NCBI GenBank assembly: GCA_033762295.1
Contig: JANRLW010000064.1
Location: 32,001 to 96,000 of the forward strand
Length of the DNA stretch: 64,000 nt
Reading direction: 5' to 3'
From: Capsulimonadales bacterium
GTDB lineage: Bacteria; Armatimonadota; Armatimonadia; Armatimonadales; Armatimonadaceae
Each line of letters begins with the position of its first letter. Positions within the stretch are counted from its first letter, which is position 1. The notes under the pieces were generated by a model. The model saw only the letters and a program-made list of their open reading frames with translations. It was not told the origin of the DNA and made no database searches. Shown here piece after piece: positions 58,655 to 64,000 of this stretch. A program made the position numbers and the translations under genes.

Positions 58655-59308
58655 CTAAGCGTTCGCGGCGGGACGGACGGACGGATCGTCGACCGGCAGT
58701 TCCCGTTGCACGGTCGCCGGGTTTCCGGCGACCAGGGTGTTCGGCGGAACGTCGCGCGGGACCACCGCTCCCGCCGCGACGACCGCCCCCTGACCGACCG
58801 TTACCCCCGGCAGTATCATGGCGCCCATCGCGATCCAGGCACCGTCCTCGATCACGATCGGTTTGGATTTCAGCTCATACTGCATCCGACGCTGGCTTGG
58901 TCCGAGCGAATGAGTGCCGGTATGAAGAACCGCCAGCGGACCGATCGAGACGTTTTCGCCGATGGTAATCTCGCCGTCCAACCCGAGGGTGACGTCCGTC
59001 GCGATCAAACTGCCCTCCCCGACGGTCAGGCGTGACGCAATATCTCCGTCCCCGACGATGCGAAGTCTGCCATACAACACGACACGCCGACCGAGACGAA
59101 ACCCGGCGCGACGGTAGAGGACGGCGCGTATTCGATGGAGAGTAAAGTCCGGCAGGAGGTTCGCAAGACCCAGCCAGAAATTCAGACGAGGTCGAAACCG
59201 GTGTCGCAACCCGTTCCACTCCTTCACTATCGAATCGGAAAAACGTGACGAAGGGGGCGTACCGGGGCCTGACAATATGGCATTGTCCGTTCTGGTTCTC
59301 AGAGTCAT
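58655..59308 (-). CDS. hexapeptide-repeat O-acetyltransferase
   Basis: IGENVSIG, HTGTH, IEDGAWI, ILPGVTVG, VAGNPA; start uncertain. Confidence 0.85.
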   Translation of the reverse strand: MTLRTRTDNAILSGPGTPPSSRFSDSIVKEWNGLRHRFRPRLNFWLGLANLLPDFTLHRIRAVLYRRAGFRLGRRVVLYGRLRIVGDGDIASRLTVGEGSLIATDVTLGLDGEITIGENVSIGPLAVLHTGTHSLGPSQRRMQYELKSKPIVIEDGAWIAMGAMILPGVTVGQGAVVAAGAVVPRDVPPNTLVAGNPATVQRELPVDDPSVRPAANA

Positions 59309-59570
59309 GCGTTCATTCGTTCCGTAAGAGGCTGTTCCCGTTCGCACAACCGAAAGCCAACCCGGTCGTCCGGCGCCATCCCCTTACCCTCTACTTTGTC
59401 GGTGTTGCGGGCAAGGAAAGTTCCCTCATTTTCCGCATTCCCCTACATGTCGCAAAGAACCGCCTGACGGATCCTGCCTATATCACCCAAACTACCCGCA
59501 ATCTCGTCAGGTGTCAAGGCGTTTTTCAGTTCATTCGTGACGGAATGCCTGCAAGTTTCGCGCCGAAAAA

Positions 59571-59597
59571 GCGTCTTCCCCGGTCCGGGGAAGACGC
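59571..59597 (-). terminator. intrinsic terminator after metalloprotease
   Basis: GCGTCTTCCCCGG stem, T-run on minus strand. Confidence 0.7.
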
Positions 59598-59612
59598 TTC
59601 GGATTCCGAAAA

Positions 59613-62261
59613 TTACCGGTTTTTAGCCGAACCGGTGAAGAATGTCTGCCAGTCCATGCCTGCGCCGAGAGCGCAGCCGAACGATCCCTGTCCCGGCTGT
59701 ACGGGGGTGACGCCGCCGGTAAAGGTGCCGTCCTCGAGGAAGAACGGCAGGAAGGACGCGAGGCTGGCCACGGCGGTCGGGCCGAACTTCGGATCGAGGA
59801 TGCTGTCGATCTGCTTCTGGCAATCGCGCAGGTGTTCGGCGGTCAGCGGGTCGGTCGTTTTGGGAAGAACCAGAAGGATCTGTTTCTTCAGACCGCGCAA
59901 CGCGGCGGAGGCCAGCGGGCGGAACTCGGATTGAGACGCGCCATCCCCGACCAGACGGGGGCGCATCGTCTGCAGATACGCTCGCTGGAGGTTCCGCCGA
60001 TAGGCATCCACCCGGGGATTGGTCAGGTTCAATTCCGTCCACACGCCGCTCTGCACATCGGACACCAGTCGTTTGGCAGTGTAGGTCGGGGTCCTGGAAA
60101 GCGCTTCCGCGTCGACCAGACGCTTCACCCGCGACTCATTGAGCAGCGAGTTCAGGATCTGGCGCTGGCTCGCGAGGACCCGGTCCATCACCCCGTTCGG
60201 AGCGATCCGGTTGAGGATGCCGGGAACCAGGAGGCTTTTCGGGGTCGCGAACGCATTGTCGATCAGGAACTTGACCGCCTGCGCCTGCTTCGCCGCGGGA
60301 ACCGGCACGAAAACCTCGCCGCCACGGCCCGCGTGGTAGTCGGTCTCCACGACGCCGCCCACCAGTTTGACCACATGGTTTAGTTCCGTCTGCCGCTGGC
60401 CCAGAAGCTCGTTGTACATCTCATCGAGCATCTGGTAGTCCTCGCCGAACTTGCTGGTCGCGGAGAGCAGGAGGTTGACATTCCGATCGATATTCTTCAG
60501 GCCGAGGGTCGTCGCCTCGATCGGATCGGAACCCAGGTCCTCGGTCTGGACCGTCGGGTCGATGATGACCGCGTTAAACGTCTCCCCGTTGAAGCGCAGG
60601 GTCGGATCGGCCACCTGTCGGGCGGCGATGGCATCGAGTTCCGGCTTCTCGGCGTCGGGGGTGTCGCGGCCGGGAAGGGGCTTGTAGCCCCATTCGATCG
60701 CGAACTTGTCGTAAGCGCCGATCATCGGGATCAGGCGGGCATTGTCTCCCGGCTGCGCCACATAGTTGAACCGTCCGTAGTCCATGATCGACGCCTCGTT
60801 GCCATTGGCCTCGGTAAAGGCTTTATCCCGAAGCTGGGCGACCGTAAAGGAGGAACTCGCCTTATGGTTGTGCCGGAGACCGAGGGTGTGGCCGACCTCG
60901 TGCGCTGTGACGTACCGGATCAGTTCGCCCATCAACTCCTCGGGGAGCGGCAGTTTCTGCGCCTTCGGATCGAGGGCGGCGCACTGGACGAAGTACCACG
61001 CTTCGTTGAGTTTCAGGATGTCGTGCCAGAAGATGATATGCGCCGAAACGATCTCGCCGCTACGTGGGTCGTGCACATGCGGCCCCATCGCGTTTTGAAT
61101 CGGGTTGGCCGCCCATCGGATCACGGAGTAACGGGCGTCCTCCGGGTCCCAGTTCGGGTCCTCCTGCTCGGTCGGAGCGTCCTTGCAAAGGATGGCGTTC
61201 TTGAACCCGGCCTGTTCGAACGCGACCTGCCAGTCCTCGACGCCTTTCTTCATGAAGGAGCGCCACTTTTCGGGAATTTCCCGGCTGAGGTAGTAGACGA
61301 TCGGTTTGACCGGCTCGGAGACCGTCGCCGTTGGGTCTTTCTTTTCCAGACGATAACGGGTGATGTACTCGCGGGGCTTGACCCGGTTCTCCGAGGAGCC
61401 GTAATCCTCGAAGCCTTCGGTGAAGTAGCCGACGCGCGAATCGAAGTATCGCCCGACCATCGGCTTCTCCGGAAGCAGGGTCATGCTGTGATGGACCAGA
61501 ACCGTGATGCTGGGGGCGGGACCGGTCGGCGGCGCACCGGCGGAGCGGGCGGGGATGCCGGAGAGGGTGAGAAGGGAACGGGCCTCGATGTTGGTCGGGA
61601 ACGCCTTGATCTTGTCGATGTAGCTGCGCGAGGTATCGGCGCCGCCCGCCCGGAGTTCGGGACCGACCGTCACCGGAGCCGAGTCGGAGTTGAACCACTT
61701 CGTCACATCGATGACCGCCGCCTTGTCCTTACCCTCCGCCTCTACCGAGAAGGCCGCCAGGATCGGCTGAACGGACGCCGCATCCACCGCCTTCTGAATG
61801 GCGGTCTTGCCGTCGCCGCGCAGGGCATAACTGACATCCCGAACGTACACGGTATTGTTGCGACGGGTCCAGCGCAGAATCCGGGAGTTGACCGGCGTGC
61901 CACCGAAACCGTAGCCGGTAGTTGTCTGGGCGATCTCCGTCGACCAGAGCATATCTTTGCCCATCGTCTCCGGCGGAATCTCAAAATAGACTTTCTCGTC
62001 GATGCGGTGTACGGTAAAAAGGCCGGCGTCGGATTTTGCCTCGGCGGTAATGACATCCTTATACGGCTTGGGCGTACCGGGCTTGACGGGGGGCTTCTTT
62101 TCTCCGTCGGCCGGCTTCTTATCGGCGCTTTCTCCGGGTTTCGGCGTCGGGGCGGGCGGCTGAGGCGACGGGGCCGGCGCCTGGGCGAAGGCGGTGACCG
62201 GGACCAGGACCGCGGTCAACAAAACGAGGGTGGGGATACTCTTCTTCGGCGGAAACTTCAT
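59613..62261 (-). CDS. secreted zinc metalloprotease (DUF5118/DUF5117/DUF4953 type)
   Basis: DSRVGYF, KPIVYY, DPRSGEI, AHEVGHTLGLRHN, SIMDY. Confidence 0.92.
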   Translation of the reverse strand: MKFPPKKSIPTLVLLTAVLVPVTAFAQAPAPSPQPPAPTPKPGESADKKPADGEKKPPVKPGTPKPYKDVITAEAKSDAGLFTVHRIDEKVYFEIPPETMGKDMLWSTEIAQTTTGYGFGGTPVNSRILRWTRRNNTVYVRDVSYALRGDGKTAIQKAVDAASVQPILAAFSVEAEGKDKAAVIDVTKWFNSDSAPVTVGPELRAGGADTSRSYIDKIKAFPTNIEARSLLTLSGIPARSAGAPPTGPAPSITVLVHHSMTLLPEKPMVGRYFDSRVGYFTEGFEDYGSSENRVKPREYITRYRLEKKDPTATVSEPVKPIVYYLSREIPEKWRSFMKKGVEDWQVAFEQAGFKNAILCKDAPTEQEDPNWDPEDARYSVIRWAANPIQNAMGPHVHDPRSGEIVSAHIIFWHDILKLNEAWYFVQCAALDPKAQKLPLPEELMGELIRYVTAHEVGHTLGLRHNHKASSSFTVAQLRDKAFTEANGNEASIMDYGRFNYVAQPGDNARLIPMIGAYDKFAIEWGYKPLPGRDTPDAEKPELDAIAARQVADPTLRFNGETFNAVIIDPTVQTEDLGSDPIEATTLGLKNIDRNVNLLLSATSKFGEDYQMLDEMYNELLGQRQTELNHVVKLVGGVVETDYHAGRGGEVFVPVPAAKQAQAVKFLIDNAFATPKSLLVPGILNRIAPNGVMDRVLASQRQILNSLLNESRVKRLVDAEALSRTPTYTAKRLVSDVQSGVWTELNLTNPRVDAYRRNLQRAYLQTMRPRLVGDGASQSEFRPLASAALRGLKKQILLVLPKTTDPLTAEHLRDCQKQIDSILDPKFGPTAVASLASFLPFFLEDGTFTGGVTPVQPGQGSFGCALGAGMDWQTFFTGSAKNR

Positions 62262-62337
62262 GAAATACTCCGAACAATGGCTGAAGGATTAGATACGTTT
62301 CCCTGACGTCAGGAAAATTCCTTCCCGACCGCGCACG

Positions 62338-63291
62338 TCACCGCCACGGGAAAAAGCAGACCTTGATCGCCTCCTGTCGTTCCAGGAGATCGATCGCCTC
62401 CGCGTATCCTTCGAGGGGGAAACGGTGTGTGACGAGTGGCAGAAGATCGAGTTGCGCGTTGACAATCAGTGAGACGGCGTATTCGGCGGCGGCGCGGCTA
62501 TGCCCCGGATAGCCGCAGAGACGAAGGCGGTAGTGACGCGGCGCGAACGTGTACGGTTCGCGTTGCACCCCGAACAGGGCGACCGTATCTACCGTACGGT
62601 CCATAAGCCATTCTACCGAAGCCCGGGCGCCGACGCAATCGATGCCAGTGTCAAACCGGAGCGGGAGCGTCTCCTCCCGTGAATCGAAGGCGGCATCCAG
62701 CCCGATCGCCAGTCCCTGACGCCGTCTCGCCTCCACGAAATCAAAGCCGATTACCTCGGCCGCCCCTTCCGCGCGGGCCATCTGCGCGGCGATCAACCCG
62801 GCCGGACCCAGGCCGACGACCGCGAACCGCCGCCCGGCGATGGCGTTCATCTCCCGAAGCATCAGGAACGAGGCGCCGACGCACATCGCGAGTTCGACCG
62901 GCGCCGTCGCCTCGGGCGGAAGATGGGACGGGACCCGGATCAGGTTCTCCACCCGGTGAACGACATACTGAGCGTAACAGCCCGGCCGGTGATGCCCGGT
63001 ATCACGCCACGCACTGACCCGGTCTCCGACCGCCAGTGCGGTGACGCCCTGCCCGACGGCTTCGACCGTTCCGGTCGCCTCGTGACCCGGCTGACCGGGC
63101 GTATAAGGATACGTGAACCGGTGACCCGGATACATCGGTTCGTTGTGGCGCAGGTGGAGATCCCATTGCGGACAGGTCGTGACCGCGTCGATCCGGAGCA
63201 GCGCTTCGCCGGGGCCGGGCGTCGGTGTGGGGACGTCGAGAATCGCAAACGTTCGCCCCTCGCCCACCTGAAGGATTTTCACGTCAGACAC
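62338..63291 (-). CDS. zinc-binding alcohol dehydrogenase family protein
   Basis: TTCPQWD, PGHEATG, GLGPAG, VTHRFPL. Confidence 0.88.
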   Translation of the reverse strand: MSDVKILQVGEGRTFAILDVPTPTPGPGEALLRIDAVTTCPQWDLHLRHNEPMYPGHRFTYPYTPGQPGHEATGTVEAVGQGVTALAVGDRVSAWRDTGHHRPGCYAQYVVHRVENLIRVPSHLPPEATAPVELAMCVGASFLMLREMNAIAGRRFAVVGLGPAGLIAAQMARAEGAAEVIGFDFVEARRRQGLAIGLDAAFDSREETLPLRFDTGIDCVGARASVEWLMDRTVDTVALFGVQREPYTFAPRHYRLRLCGYPGHSRAAAEYAVSLIVNAQLDLLPLVTHRFPLEGYAEAIDLLERQEAIKVCFFPWR

Positions 63292-64000
63292 CCTCCCATT
63301 CCAGAATCACGCCGAGAACGGATTCGCGTCGTTGCAAAATCAGATCGAACGCCTCGGCGGCCCGTGTCGCCGGGAAGCGGTGCGTGATCAGGTGACCGGT
63401 CGTCAGACGGCCTTCGGTCAGCCAGGCGAGGGTCGTTTCCAGGCGGGACCGGTTCCACCCGGCCGGGGCATACAGAGTCAGTTCTTTGGCCCGGAGTTTC
63501 TGGATGTCGATCCGGCCGTTCGGGCCATGAAAGCCCGCCGAGACCACCTGCCCGAAGTGACGCATCTGCGGAAGAAGCGCCTCCACCGACGCGATGGAAC
63601 CCACGGTGTCCGCGAGAACCTGAATCCCCTGCGGAGCCCACTCGCGAACCAGCGGATCGAGTTCCTCGACGTTCGCTCGAACCGCCCGGTCGCCATCCCG
63701 GCAAACGAACCGTTGCAAACGGTCCTCGTGTCGTCCGACCAGAAGGACGCGCGCCCCGCGCTGCTGCAGCGTCTGCGCCGACCAGTGACCGACCAGTCCG
63801 TCTCCGAGGACGACGGCCGCATCCCCCGGCGATAGCTGCGGACAGGCGCCGATGTTGTAACCGACCTGCGTCAGCACCAGCCCGCTGGCAAGCACGGGGT
63901 CCGCTCCGGACGGGAGACGATACACCTGGGAGCGGGCCGTGACGGCGGGGGAGACATGCCCCCCGTTTGCGTAGAACATCCCCCCGACGTGCGAGACGGT
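63284..64000 (-). CDS. zinc-binding dehydrogenase family protein (5' end outside window)
   Basis: VLGDGLVG, DTVG, ITHRFP; overlaps next gene. Confidence 0.82.
   Translation of the reverse strand, partial: TVSHVGGMFYANGGHVSPAVTARSQVYRLPSGADPVLASGLVLTQVGYNIGACPQLSPGDAAVVLGDGLVGHWSAQTLQQRGARVLLVGRHEDRLQRFVCRDGDRAVRANVEELDPLVREWAPQGIQVLADTVGSIASVEALLPQMRHFGQVVSAGFHGPNGRIDIQKLRAKELTLYAPAGWNRSRLETTLAWLTEGRLTTGHLITHRFPATRAAEAFDLILQRRESVLGVILEWEGV

Overview
64 kb of a GC-rich bacterial chromosome; taxonomy cannot be fixed from this window alone. Most of it is ordinary backbone: a two-component pair, rnhB/yraN, an ABC-F ATPase, an SPFH pair, cfa, nusA-ylxR-infB, redox and stress genes, an MsrPQ-like/msrB cluster, GH44 and a secreted metalloprotease. 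Two visibly AT-richer accessory blocks stand out. (1) ~19500-23770 is a decayed polymorphic-toxin array: a Hint-toxin tip with SMI1/KNR4 immunity, a TreTu/TriTu-like pair interrupted by a 112-bp MITE, a pentapeptide-repeat protein, and further tip/immunity remnants. Four of its five modules end in a convergent remnant of the same small basic gene. (2) 25831-30539 is a 4.7-kb integrase-free island encoding a Zn-finger NurA-like nuclease, a HerA-like ATPase and a divergent Dam-like adenine methyltransferase. It is flanked by a 217-bp direct repeat (1 mismatch) that duplicates the overlapping 3' ends of two host genes, and it is the best candidate for an undescribed defence system. No rRNA, tRNA, CRISPR array, integrase or full transposase was recognised. 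All family calls come from motif recognition by eye, not from database searches.
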